Positions 1 to 10,249 are shown, numbered from the stretch's first letter. The stretch: DNA of 32,000 bases from an uncultured Erysipelotrichaceae bacterium (GCA_942493105.1 OW818668.1:330001-362000), one strand, 5' to 3'. Made by a program: numbers and translations. Notes: generated from the letters alone by a model not told the origin.

Positions 1-1
1 T

Positions 2-451
2 GGTACTTTGATCCTTCTTGCGATGGATGAAAAAATATCCAGGATCGAAGTAGGCTATGGATTAGAAGGTGCACTCAATGATGCTAAAACTGGACGAATT
101 CAAGACAATTATATGTTGCCTTATTTTAATCAGGGAGATTTTGATCAAGGTATCTTAAATGGTTATCTTGCGATCATTCAAGAAGTTGCTAAAGAATATA
201 ATGTATCGATCGATGCTAATCAACCGCTTGCTTATTCAAAACCTTTTAATTTATGGACAGATTTACCTTCGTGGATGATCATTGGAGGCATCATCTTGCT
301 TGTCATTGTCCTAGGGGCCTTAGATTTAAGATTCCTGGATGGCACACTCATACGTTTGATTTTTTCATTGGTATTCAGTATGGGAAAAGGCAGTTCATAT
401 CGAGGCAGTGGTGGCAGCGGTGGTGGAGGTGGAAGTTCAAGACGATGGTAA
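2..451 (+). CDS. TPM-domain protein (YgcG-like), 5'-truncated by the window edge, with a C-terminal TM helix and Gly/Ser tail
   Basis: The frame is open from the window edge; the track ORF 8..451 begins at an internal TTG. EVGYGLEG...DAKTGRI resembles the TPM domain. Hydrophobic IIGGIILLVIVLGAL segment, GSGGSGGGGGSS tail, TAA at 449-451. Confidence 0.7.
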   Translation, partial: GTLILLAMDEKISRIEVGYGLEGALNDAKTGRIQDNYMLPYFNQGDFDQGILNGYLAIIQEVAKEYNVSIDANQPLAYSKPFNLWTDLPSWMIIGGIILLVIVLGALDLRFLDGTLIRLIFSLVFSMGKGSSYRGSGGSGGGGGSSRRW

Positions 452-453
452 GT

Positions 454-463
454 AAAAAACAGC
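454..463. terminator. Left half-stem (AAAAAACAGC) of a bidirectional terminator split by the IS insertion
   Basis: Perfectly complementary to GCTGTTTTTT at 1995-2004. Lies 3 nt after the TPM stop codon. Removing 468-1988 and one AAT copy restores AAAAAACAGC-GAATGAA-GCTGTTTTTT. Confidence 0.55.
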
Positions 464-467
464 GAAT

Positions 468-505
468 TAAACTATCCCCTTTGTAAAGGACACGGAAAGA
501 AAAAC
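468..505. repeat. IS terminal inverted repeat (end distal to orfA)
   Basis: TAAACTATCCCCTTTGTAAAGGACACGGAAAGAAAAAC matches the reverse complement of 1951-1988 at 29 of 38 positions. Confidence 0.7.
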
Positions 506-536
506 AGATGAAGATCGACAGAAATGTCGGTCTTTT

Positions 537-1536
537 TTATGTAATCAACTGAAATTGATGAATCACTGCTGGTAATAATCGTTTCTGATGAGTTGGATTG
601 GTTATATAATCGTCATATTCGTGAGGGGTCATCCGATTAAGATCCCATTGAGGTCGATCATAATTATAATAGTTGATGTATGAAATAAGGTACTCAGCCA
701 ATCGTTCATAAGAATTGATTTTAGATAATTCGAGTTCGGTTTTAAGCACGGCGTAGAAGGATTCTTGTGGGGCATTATCCCAACAGTTTCCTCGCCTAGA
801 CATCGATTGAGTAATGTCATGCTTAGAGAGAAGATCCTGATAGGCGATACTGGTGTAATGACTTCCTTGATCAGAGTGAAGGATGACTCCCATATGAAGT
901 TCCCCACAGTAATTCTCCAGAAGCTGATTCACTGTATTGATCACGAAATCCAACTCAAGGGTCGATGAGAGCTGCCAGGCTAAGATCTTCTTAGTCATGG
1001 CGTCTTTGATGGTGGATACGTAAGCTCGCTTCCCATTGCCGTAGGTGATATAAGTGATGTCGGTCAATAAGGTCTTCTTGGCACTGCCTTGCGAGAAGTT
1101 TCGATCTAAGATGTTACTGAAGACTTTGTTGCTGTCTTTGGGCTCTAAGTATCGCTTTGACTGGGTTTGCTTTTCGAATTGGACAGATTAGTTCGTACTT
1201 ACTCATCAGCCGATGGATCCTTTTGAGGTTCATAATGACCTGATAATCCCTCTCAAGCCTCATTTTGATCTGTTTGGCCCCTTTTTTGAACCCTTCATAA
1301 TCATAAGCTGCTTTGATTGCGATAAAGTCGAGTTGATCCTTCATTTCTCTTTCACCCATCGTTAGTCTTCGTTTCTTATAAGCGTAGTACCCAGATCGAG
1401 ATACGCTCGCTTGGGTACACATATATTTTATGTCCAGTCGATTCTTTCTTCGACCTTCCATTTCCCATATGATATTGAATCGCTTTTCTGCGCTGAGTTT
1501 TTTTACTCCCCCCTTTCCAGCGCTTTCAGCTTTTTT
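537..1536 (-). pseudogene. IS3 transposase OrfB (integrase core), disrupted by an extra frameshift near 1150-1175
   Basis: Track ORFs 1114..1461 and 537..1067 are two pieces of one OrfB. The first frame reads ...IRKANPVKAILRAQRQQQSLQ*. The other frame over the same DNA reads RYLEPKDSNKVFSNILDRNFSQGSAKKTLLTDITYITYG, continuous with 537..1067. The frame offset implies a 1-nt insertion or a 2-nt deletion. Confidence 0.8.
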
Positions 1537-1901
1537 AAGAATTCATTCTCCTGTTCAAGGTACTCATTTCTGTCTTTTAGATATCGGTTCTCTTCCTCAG
1601 GGCTGTTAAATATTAGTTTCTTAGGTCGTCCTGGTGATTTGAGTCGCTTAAATCCTTCAGGTCGCTTTGCTTGTTTCCTTGCCCTCGCAAATATTGAGTT
1701 GAGTCGGTTTTTCCCAAAGAATTCTGAATCTATTCCTAAATCACTTAAGATTCGCTTTTGCGTTTTTCCTAGTCGACTTTCCCTTTCGATAATTGTTTTG
1801 AACTCTGATGTAAACTGAACCGAACTTTCAGATACTTTTACGACATATTTGTTTCTTCTTAACCTCTCAATTGTCTCCGCACTGAATTTAACTTTTCCCA
1901 T
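1503..1901 (-). CDS. IS3-family transposase OrfA (HTH, leucine-zipper-like C-terminus)
   Basis: 132-aa ORF. C-terminus NEYLEQENEFLKKLKALE is typical of IS3 OrfA. The orfB frame stays open in the -1 frame across its 3' end. Confidence 0.85.
   Translation of the reverse strand: MGKVKFSAETIERLRRNKYVVKVSESSVQFTSEFKTIIERESRLGKTQKRILSDLGIDSEFFGKNRLNSIFARARKQAKRPEGFKRLKSPGRPKKLIFNSPEEENRYLKDRNEYLEQENEFLKKLKALERGE
1530..1536 (-). promoter_or_regulatory. Programmed -1 ribosomal frameshift heptamer A_AAA_AAG (orfA to orfAB)
   Basis: The minus strand reads TTA AAA AAG in the orfA frame (..EFLKK..). The -1 frame is open from here through KKAESAGKGGVKKLSAEKRFNIIWEMEGRR into orfB. Confidence 0.75.
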
Positions 1902-1950
1902 GTTTGACCTCTTTCTTAAGTATAAGAAAACCCCACAGAACTGTCACGAG

Positions 1951-1988
1951 GTTTTTCTTTTCGTGTCTATTCTATGGGGTACAGTTTA
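1951..1988. repeat. IS terminal inverted repeat (orfA-proximal end)
   Basis: Its reverse complement, TAAACTGTACCCCATAGAATAGACACGAAAAGAAAAAC, pairs with 468-505. Confidence 0.7.
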
Positions 1989-1994
1989 AATGAA

Positions 1995-2004
1995 GCTGTT
2001 TTTT
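1995..2004. terminator. Right half-stem (GCTGTTTTTT) of the terminator split by the IS
   Basis: Complementary to 454-463. Lies 15 nt beyond the GH3 stop codon (2019-2021) on the convergent strand. Confidence 0.55.
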
Positions 2005-2018
2005 AGTGAATCATTATT

Positions 2019-4406
2019 TTAGTTTTTCTTCTGTGATATCTTTTGTATACCTTTTATATAATGATTGTTGGCTAAATCTACGATCCCATAAGCTAAAGAC
2101 TCACTTAAGGCTCCTTGGCTTAATAACATGGTCGATCTTAAGGGTGTGTTCATCACAAAAGACATCATCATCTTGAAATGATTAGACTCAATATCAGACT
2201 TCGTGAAATGTCCTGCCTTCATCAACATTCTTTTAGACATGATCCTCATCAGTTTACCTGCCAATGTATCTCGCATATCATCCAAGGTCGAGTCAATCGT
2301 AAAGGACCCTGGTTTAATGGGCTGATCACTTAAGATGTCCTTTTCATATACAAATTTGAAATCTTGATCGGTTGGATATCCTTGGAGATGATCATACCAA
2401 GTCTTGTGCCAACCTTTATCGATGTGTTGAGCTTGAGGAGTTATCAGATTAAACATCAACGATAAACGAATGTCTCTGCTGGATGAACCAACCTGCAGTT
2501 CATACTCCCCTTGTGCACAGACAAAACGTTGAAGCGAAAGATCAAAGTATTCAAAAGCTGAAGGATCTAAAGACATATGGACAACTTTAGATTCACCAGG
2601 TTTCAAGGTAATCTTTTCAAAAGCTTTAAGTTCATGCGACGCAAAGAAATTTGCTTTTGTTTTGTTGCTGATATAGATTTGCACAATCTCTGAGCCTGTC
2701 ATATTTCCATTATTGGTCAATGTAAAACTGATCACATTTTCAACATAACTCAGATCTCGATAACTGAATTCACTATAACTTAGACCATGCCCAAAAGGAA
2801 AAAGGACCTCAATTTGTGCACTATCAAAATATCGATATCCCACAAAGATGCTTTCTCTGTAGTTAACCTGTTGTTTCTCTTTTCCATAGGTTTTAGAACT
2901 AGGAACAGATTCATAAGTAAGCGGAAAAGTCTCTGCCAATTTACCACAAGGATTAACACTTCCAAATAAGATATCCACCAAAGCCGGACCTCCAGCTTCA
3001 CCAGGTAAGTAACCATTAAGGATGGCAGGCACTTGCGTTGCCCAAGGCATTAAACAAGGTGCACCTCCCGCTAATACTACGACAATATTTTTTGTCTTTT
3101 CTAAAACTGCATTGACTAAGGCATTGTGGGCATGAGGTAAATTTAAATCTAGTCGATCAAAGCCTTCGCTTTCCAAGTCTTCAGTCAAACCGATAAATAC
3201 GATGACTTTTTGATCAGAACTTATATCTTGTGTAGCTGCTTCAATCAAGGACATATCATCTGATTTATGACACGAATATGCCTCGCGATACTCAAAGGCA
3301 ATGTTAGATTGCTTTAAGCCATCCAGTAAGGATTCTACTTGTATCGGATGGACTTGTGAACTGCCTGAGCCTTGAAACCTGGCTTTTTGAGCCAATTCAC
3401 CTAAGACCAAGATTTTATGAGATGGATCCAAAGGCAATAAGTGATCATCATTTTTAAGCAAGACAATGCTTTGTTGGGCAACTTTGCGCGCAAAATCACG
3501 GTGAACCTGAGTTTCCAATTTAACTTCTTGACTTAAGGATGGCTCTGCTTTCTTAATTAAATTCAACACATTGAGAACACAACGATCCAAATCTTCCATC
3601 TTCAATGTGCCATCATGAATCGCTTGCTTAACTTGGTTGAGATAGAATTGTTGATTCCCTGGCATTTCCAAATCCAATCCAGCCGCAATATCGATATCAC
3701 GCTGATGAGCAGCACCCCAATCACTCATGACCAAACCATCAAAGCCCCATTCTTCTCGTAATACCGTTTTTAGTAACCAAGGATTAGAGCTGCTATAGAC
3801 CCCATTTATCCTATTATAGGAACACATGATGGTCCACGGCTGACTCAATTTGACTGCCAACTCAAAAGGCTTAAGATATATTTCTCTTAGAGCTCTTTGA
3901 TCAACATTGCTTGAACTGCTCAAGCGATGATTCTCTTGATTATTGGCTGCGAAATGCTTAAGTGAAGTGCCTATACCTAAAGACTGGACCCCATTGATAA
4001 AGCTTGAAGCCAATAGTCCACTTAAAAGTGGATCTTCACTAAAGTATTCAAAATTCCTTCCGCATAGCGGATGTCGTTTGATATTGACACCAGGTCCTAA
4101 AATAACAGATACTTTTTGATTAATGGCTTCTTGAGCCAAGTGTTGACCTAATTGATACAATAGTTCTTTATCCCAACTACATCCACTTAAACTGGCCGTC
4201 GGATAACACACTGAAGGATAGCTGTCGGCAATGCCTAATTGATCACTTTTTTCTATTTGTTTACGTAAACCATGAGGACCATCCGTAACCATGATTTCAG
4301 GAATGTCATATTGAGGAAACGATTCCAGATGCCAAAAATCTTTTCCGGAACATAGCCGAATCTTATCTTCAGTTGATAATTGACTTAATAAAGCTTGGAT
4401 ATTCAT
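2019..4406 (-). CDS. Glycoside hydrolase family 3 beta-glucosidase (BglX-like) with Fn3-like and C-terminal extension
   Basis: 795 aa. N-terminal GH3 motifs (GPHGLRK, GRNFEYFSEDP). GLVMSDWGA contains the family's nucleophile Asp context. GGAGG lies 7 nt upstream of the ATG. Confidence 0.9.
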   Translation of the reverse strand: MNIQALLSQLSTEDKIRLCSGKDFWHLESFPQYDIPEIMVTDGPHGLRKQIEKSDQLGIADSYPSVCYPTASLSGCSWDKELLYQLGQHLAQEAINQKVSVILGPGVNIKRHPLCGRNFEYFSEDPLLSGLLASSFINGVQSLGIGTSLKHFAANNQENHRLSSSSNVDQRALREIYLKPFELAVKLSQPWTIMCSYNRINGVYSSSNPWLLKTVLREEWGFDGLVMSDWGAAHQRDIDIAAGLDLEMPGNQQFYLNQVKQAIHDGTLKMEDLDRCVLNVLNLIKKAEPSLSQEVKLETQVHRDFARKVAQQSIVLLKNDDHLLPLDPSHKILVLGELAQKARFQGSGSSQVHPIQVESLLDGLKQSNIAFEYREAYSCHKSDDMSLIEAATQDISSDQKVIVFIGLTEDLESEGFDRLDLNLPHAHNALVNAVLEKTKNIVVVLAGGAPCLMPWATQVPAILNGYLPGEAGGPALVDILFGSVNPCGKLAETFPLTYESVPSSKTYGKEKQQVNYRESIFVGYRYFDSAQIEVLFPFGHGLSYSEFSYRDLSYVENVISFTLTNNGNMTGSEIVQIYISNKTKANFFASHELKAFEKITLKPGESKVVHMSLDPSAFEYFDLSLQRFVCAQGEYELQVGSSSRDIRLSLMFNLITPQAQHIDKGWHKTWYDHLQGYPTDQDFKFVYEKDILSDQPIKPGSFTIDSTLDDMRDTLAGKLMRIMSKRMLMKAGHFTKSDIESNHFKMMMSFVMNTPLRSTMLLSQGALSESLAYGIVDLANNHYIKGIQKISQKKN

Positions 4407-4439
4407 GAGTTGACCTCCAAGAAATCTTTTAGTCTATTT

Positions 4440-5306
4440 TTAAGCATCCACTGATGCTTGTTTATATGCATGGGCAGGAATCATGATCCACCAAGCCAAC
4501 ATCCAGATGATCAATAAGACATGCAAAGTATCATTCTCATTGAACCATAGTCCAGTTGAATTCATGACCAATGCTCCAATGTTGGCATATAGGGCAACAA
4601 AATAAGCAAGATTGATCCCAATAAAGGTAATCCACAAGATCAATAAGCGATGATGTAGTTTCTCACTTCTAAAGCGATAACTTAGAGCCATAAATATGAT
4701 GATGTTGGGACTCAAAAACAACAACATTCCTTCATAAGAAATCATAAATTGAACAGGAACCAACATCCCTATGCCCTGAAAAATCGTATAGGCACCAATA
4801 CTTAATAGAGCTAATCGTTTTAAAAACAGGGACTTATTATAATCACGAATCAAAGAAGCATAAGCCATCAAGATCGCATTGATACTGATCACTGTTAAAG
4901 TCATATATAAAAGTTCTACCCAATTGGTAAAGGTACATCTGGTTAACCCAACACACTTTAAAGCATAGCCAAAGGCTTGATAGCTGAGTCCCGCAAAGAA
5001 GGCCCCAAGACCCCAGAATACGAAATTAACACCGATCCAATAGGCAAATCGTGTCTTTTTACTTAGAAGATAATGAACACCCAAGCCAACCGTCACAAGG
5101 GTCAAAATAAGAATGATGATCGATGAAGAAGGTTGCTGAATGATCAAGTCATTGAACTTATAAAAAGGCCATTGATCAATATATGCTTGTGTCATGATTT
5201 CAGGAACCATATATAGTGTTGAGATCTTACTAAACATTGTAAACACAAAAAAACTCAAGGCAACATATCCTAATACAAGCATTCCAATCGTTTTATCTTG
5301 TTTCAT
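4440..5306 (-). CDS. Polytopic membrane protein, function unknown, likely co-transcribed with the GH3 gene
   Basis: 288-aa ORF that is hydrophobic throughout, with about 8 predicted TM segments by eye. 33-nt gap to the GH3 start. Confidence 0.6.
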   Translation of the reverse strand: MKQDKTIGMLVLGYVALSFFVFTMFSKISTLYMVPEIMTQAYIDQWPFYKFNDLIIQQPSSSIIILILTLVTVGLGVHYLLSKKTRFAYWIGVNFVFWGLGAFFAGLSYQAFGYALKCVGLTRCTFTNWVELLYMTLTVISINAILMAYASLIRDYNKSLFLKRLALLSIGAYTIFQGIGMLVPVQFMISYEGMLLFLSPNIIIFMALSYRFRSEKLHHRLLILWITFIGINLAYFVALYANIGALVMNSTGLWFNENDTLHVLLIIWMLAWWIMIPAHAYKQASVDA

Positions 5307-5393
5307 ATTACCTTGAGTATACCACTTTCTAGATTTCTAGGAATAGGCTCAATTTCTAAACCATACTATAACTTGATCAATTCATAGAATAAT

Positions 5394-6032
5394 TCAAGGT
5401 TTTGGTTTGTATTTTGTCTTATAGCCTGGGTTATCTTCTGGTCTTAAATCATTAGGATAATTCATGTCTGTTTTAATATCCAAAGATACTTGTTTGATGG
5501 CTTTAAAGACCTCATAAGGGTTTTCTATGGCTCTAAAAACATTGTATACGGCACGTGTTCCGTGATCACCGCTTCTTGCGAACTCTCCGGTAAACACCTG
5601 AATTGACCCTACATTGAAGATTTTCTCAAGTGGATTCACATTGACTTCGATGTTTTGAATCTTATCATAATCAACAGCTTTGAAGTCTATCCCAAAGAAT
5701 CCTGTCCTAAACATCAAACGTTTACTGGTGTATGCATAACGTGTATTCTTATGTACTAAAATCAAACGAATCATATTCAATATGCTTCCATAAAATGGAA
5801 ACATATGAAATAGGATAAATATTGTAATAAAGCCACCCATAGGACCAAAACCACCAAACATGGATGCCTGTAAGAAAAAGAAATAATCAAATGCACCCCA
5901 TAAGATCCCAAAAATCAAAAAAGGTATCCCAGTCGCTAAGAAAGGAATTAATAAAGGCTGTCCTACCCAATAAATCGTCTCATCATTATCCTTAACCGCA
6001 TCAAATTCTTGTGGAATCTCATCAAAGTTCAT
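5394..6032 (-). CDS. Membrane-anchored bacterial PH-domain protein (bPH_2 / YdbS-like)
   Basis: 212 aa. Two N-terminal TM segments followed by YAYTSKRLMFRTGFFGIDFKAVDYDKIQNIEV, typical of the membrane-flanked PH domain. AGGGGA-type RBS. Confidence 0.65.
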   Translation of the reverse strand: MNFDEIPQEFDAVKDNDETIYWVGQPLLIPFLATGIPFLIFGILWGAFDYFFFLQASMFGGFGPMGGFITIFILFHMFPFYGSILNMIRLILVHKNTRYAYTSKRLMFRTGFFGIDFKAVDYDKIQNIEVNVNPLEKIFNVGSIQVFTGEFARSGDHGTRAVYNVFRAIENPYEVFKAIKQVSLDIKTDMNYPNDLRPEDNPGYKTKYKPKP

Positions 6033-6135
6033 AATATTTCCCCTTTTTACTAAGTCATGCTTATACTGTTATTATACCCTCTTCGTAAAGTTAGCACATA
6101 TAAACTTACGAATCCAAGGTCAATTTTAAGGAGCC

Positions 6136-6612
6136 ATGATGTCCCTCTTCTTCCCAAAACAAGCCAATAATCAATTTTCATTTAGCCCTAAGATCCTATT
6201 TGTATTTTATGCTGTAACGTTGATGACCTTGATTCGAAGTTTGATTCATGTCTTTGCCTTTGATGGAGGAGCCAATTCGATCGCAACCATCATCACATTT
6301 AGCGCAACACCTGATCCTGACTTGGTGATCTATTTTGTATTCTCACTTTGGGGATTATCACAGTTACTGATGGGACTGTTTTATGTGGTTGTGAGTTGGC
6401 GTTATAGAAACTTGATCCCCTTAATGTTTATTCTAATATTTATTGAATATGCGATGCGAATTGTGATTGGGAGATGGCTAAAACCACTCAGTGATGTTTA
6501 TTTTAGTGGAACTGCCCCTGGTGAACTCGGTAATATTTTCTTTGTGTTATGTGTTCCAATCTTACTGATTTGGATCATTGTAAGTCATCGTAAAACAATT
6601 AAGGCACTTTAA
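6136..6612 (+). CDS. Small polytopic membrane protein, unknown function
   Basis: 158-aa hydrophobic ORF. AAGGAG at 6128-6133; the ATG at 6139 is an equally plausible start. Confidence 0.55.
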   Translation: MMSLFFPKQANNQFSFSPKILFVFYAVTLMTLIRSLIHVFAFDGGANSIATIITFSATPDPDLVIYFVFSLWGLSQLLMGLFYVVVSWRYRNLIPLMFILIFIEYAMRIVIGRWLKPLSDVYFSGTAPGELGNIFFVLCVPILLIWIIVSHRKTIKAL

Positions 6613-7655
6613 GATGTTCTGTTGAGTTGATCGATTTGTGCGATCAACTTTTTATAATGGGTTCCCATTAAGTTTAAGTTTTCGATGATCCTATTATAAG
6701 ATTGGTTATAAAGCGACGAATCAATCAACTCTATCTCTTTGATCTTTGTGTTCTTTAGATCCGTAAAATCCAATTCTTTAAGACCTTGTATCACGGTCTC
6801 TAGGACCACAAGAAGATTTTGATTAGGTTGGATATCGGTATTTTCTTTGATGTAGATACTGTCATAGGCCAAATGAATCATGGTCTTGATCTGAATGATC
6901 ATGTCAGTATATATGCCAAGATTTCTTTTTTCAGTGCTGTTGAAGGGAATATGACGCTCCTGACGCATGGTATCAAGATTAACTTTAACCATTTCTATGT
7001 CGCTAAAAACAGCAGCTAAAACTGGTTGATAACTGTTATCATTCATCTTATCTTGCTTCAAAACAGACAATGTTTTCTCTAGACCTATGACTCCTTGAAT
7101 CTTAACAAATTCTAAACGACGTTTTCCTAATTTACGATAATAGAGTATTGAGAATAAGAAGTTCATCAATAAAGCAACCGCAACCCCTAATCCTAAAGCT
7201 ATGATCCTTAATCTGAAGGTCAATAAAATACTTGGATTTCCTAATCCATCATTTTGAATCAACTGTGTCATGTAAATGCTGGTAAAGATAGCCACTGGTG
7301 AAACCATACGATAATCGATTTTAAGGGCAATGTAGATTGTAAATCCAATACCTAAGGCAATGGTCAAGAAGCTAATGTTATAACCCATGAGCACAACCAA
7401 AAGCCCTGTCGTTAGGGCTCCTAATGTTGAGGCTAAAAGTTGATTGATCCCACCTTTGATTCCCGAAACATTGATGGCCTCAAGATTATACATGACCCCT
7501 AATAAGACAGAAATCATATCTAAGCGTGTAATCGAAAAAGCCTGTCCCAATAAATAACCCACAGAGATCGCAACCATAGCTTTAATAATATATAGTCTTG
7601 AATCTAATAATATGGCTTCTCTTTTTAGTCCAAAAATGAGCTGAACTTGTCTCAT
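6609..7655 (-). CDS. FUSC / aromatic-acid-exporter-like membrane protein (YgaE/UPF0421-like)
   Basis: 348 aa. N-terminal half has about 5 TM segments with a Gly-rich pattern resembling FUSC_2; C-terminal half is soluble and helical. AAGGAG RBS. Confidence 0.5.
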   Translation of the reverse strand: MRQVQLIFGLKREAILLDSRLYIIKAMVAISVGYLLGQAFSITRLDMISVLLGVMYNLEAINVSGIKGGINQLLASTLGALTTGLLVVLMGYNISFLTIALGIGFTIYIALKIDYRMVSPVAIFTSIYMTQLIQNDGLGNPSILLTFRLRIIALGLGVAVALLMNFLFSILYYRKLGKRRLEFVKIQGVIGLEKTLSVLKQDKMNDNSYQPVLAAVFSDIEMVKVNLDTMRQERHIPFNSTEKRNLGIYTDMIIQIKTMIHLAYDSIYIKENTDIQPNQNLLVVLETVIQGLKELDFTDLKNTKIKEIELIDSSLYNQSYNRIIENLNLMGTHYKKLIAQIDQLNRTS

Positions 7656-7797
7656 AGGATGACTCCTTGTCGGTTGACTTTCTAAAGTAAAATATTATAA
7701 CTAACTCTAAGTTCTTTTACGTTTCTCATTATATCATATGGGTCATGTCCAATAAGCCACTCAGGAAGACTTGAACTCATAAATAACGTGAAGAATC

Positions 7798-7826
7798 TTG
7801 TCTGAAACATAAATCAGGTCTATAAT
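7798..7826 (+). promoter_or_regulatory. Sigma-A-type promoter for the flavodoxin/FMN-binding pair
   Basis: TTGTCT (7798-7803), 17-nt spacer, TATAAT (7821-7826). Confidence 0.55.
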
Positions 7827-7869
7827 TTATGTGCACGATTATTGATCCTTTGGGATCTTGGAGAACATC

Positions 7870-8343
7870 ATGAAAATTGGGATCATTGTTTATTCATACA
7901 CAGGAAATACCTTATCAGTGGCTGAACGTTTGAAAACGAAACTTCAAGAAGCTGGTGACTTGGTTGTCTTGGAATCCATCAAAGCTAAAGATGAGAATCC
8001 CAACTTAACTAAGATCGACCTCAATGTATTACCGGATGCACGTCAATATGATCAAATCATCCTGGCAACACCTGTTCGAGGATTTGCCGTATCACCAATC
8101 ATGAAGGCTTATCTTGAACAATGTCCAAACTTGGATGCAAAACCGATTGCTTGTTTTGTGACTCATGCCTTTCCATTTCCTTGGTTAGGCGGCAATTCCA
8201 CACTTAAGATGATGAAGAAATTGGTTGAGGCTAAACACGCTCGTGTTGTCGCAACAGGTGTCGTCAATTGGGGCAGCAAAAAAAGAGAATCCGATATTCA
8301 AAAAATCTTAACCGAGTTCTCAAATCATCAAATTTGGTCATAA
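7870..8343 (+). CDS. Flavodoxin-family protein
   Basis: MKIGIIVYSYTGNT N-terminal FMN phosphate-binding loop. GGAG lies 6 nt upstream of the ATG at 7870; the track start 7858 is a TTG. Confidence 0.8.
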   Translation: MKIGIIVYSYTGNTLSVAERLKTKLQEAGDLVVLESIKAKDENPNLTKIDLNVLPDARQYDQIILATPVRGFAVSPIMKAYLEQCPNLDAKPIACFVTHAFPFPWLGGNSTLKMMKKLVEAKHARVVATGVVNWGSKKRESDIQKILTEFSNHQIWS

Positions 8344-8345
8344 GC

Positions 8346-8735
8346 ATGAAGAAAAGAAGATGGCCTTGGATTGTTTTAGGAATCATATTCATTAGTTCGA
8401 TTGGCTTTGCTTTATTTTATACCTATACCAGCAATCAATTGAATAAACTTGCGCAAACTCAACTGAGCGAGATCGATTTGGCCGTCATAAGTGATGGAAC
8501 CTATCATGGATCTTATGGTTCATTTCCTGTCATCGTTGAACTTGATGTCACCATCAACTCACATAAGATCACTAAGATCCTCATCACTAAGCATGATAAT
8601 GGTCAAGGAAAACCTGCTGAGGTGATCATTGATGATGTCATAGAAGCTCAGTCTTTAAAAGTTGATGTGATCGCAGGGGCTACTTATTCAAGCAAAACCA
8701 TCTTACTTGCCATACAAGACGCATTAAAACCATAA
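8346..8735 (+). CDS. Membrane-anchored FMN-binding domain protein
   Basis: MKKRRWPWIVLGIIFISSIGFALF signal-anchor. C-terminal VDVIAGATYSSKTILLAIQDAL matches the FMN_bind motif (covalent FMN Ser/Thr context). The start lies 2 nt after the flavodoxin stop. Confidence 0.8.
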   Translation: MKKRRWPWIVLGIIFISSIGFALFYTYTSNQLNKLAQTQLSEIDLAVISDGTYHGSYGSFPVIVELDVTINSHKITKILITKHDNGQGKPAEVIIDDVIEAQSLKVDVIAGATYSSKTILLAIQDALKP

Positions 8736-8738
8736 GAA

Positions 8739-8761
8739 AGCCACAGTGATGTGGCTAGTTT

Positions 8762-8763
<2 letters not shown>
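8739..8763. terminator. Hairpin terminator between convergent genes
   Basis: AGCCACA-gtga-TGTGGCT stem-loop followed by agTTTTT. Confidence 0.6.
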
Positions 8764-10201
<1,438 letters not shown>

Positions 10202-10249
10202 CTAAGTCTATTATAACGAATTTAAGCCTATGTTATGAATCCTCACTAA

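Larger units (their letters stand above)
468..1988 (-). mobile_element. IS3-family (IS150-like) insertion sequence, about 1521 bp, probably inactive
   Basis: OrfA/OrfB organisation with an A_AAA_AAG slippery site. Imperfect 38-bp terminal inverted repeats (29/38 by hand count). AAT on both flanks (465-467 and 1989-1991) is consistent with a 3-bp target duplication. OrfB carries a DDE/integrase core (HSDQGSHYTS...RRGNCWDNAPQESF). Confidence 0.85.

Noticed and set aside
253-486. 77-aa ORF in an alternative frame of the TPM-domain gene
   Set aside because: It lies almost wholly within a well-supported CDS. Its Trp/Arg-rich product arises from reading the Gly-rich tail out of frame, and it has no RBS.
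629-1818. Track ORFs 629..907, 765..968 and 1411..1818 inside the IS
   Set aside because: These are shadow or antisense ORFs overlapping the transposase reading frames. Their composition is low-complexity and they resemble no known family.
473-1983. Alternative IS boundaries at the canonical IS3 TG...CA termini
   Set aside because: The right end does read ..TACA (TGTAC in reverse complement), but the left reads TATCC. The complementarity clearly continues outward (TAAACT / AGTTTA). Only the 468/1988 boundaries give a direct repeat (AAT) and rebuild the terminator hairpin.
2780-3016. ORFs 2780..3016 (-) and 2787..2969 (+) within the GH3 gene
   Set aside because: They sit in alternative or antisense frames of a strongly supported 795-aa CDS.
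5325-5345. TAGAAA-TC-TAGAAA direct repeat upstream of the membrane-protein/GH3 operon
   Set aside because: It is short and AT-rich, overlaps the spacer of a TGgTATACT extended -10 promoter, and is too weak to call as a binding site.
8268-8345. N-terminal extension of the FMN-binding ORF overlapping the flavodoxin gene
   Set aside because: The extension reads the flavodoxin 3' end in another frame. ATG 8346 yields a clean signal-anchor (MKKRRWPWIVLG..).
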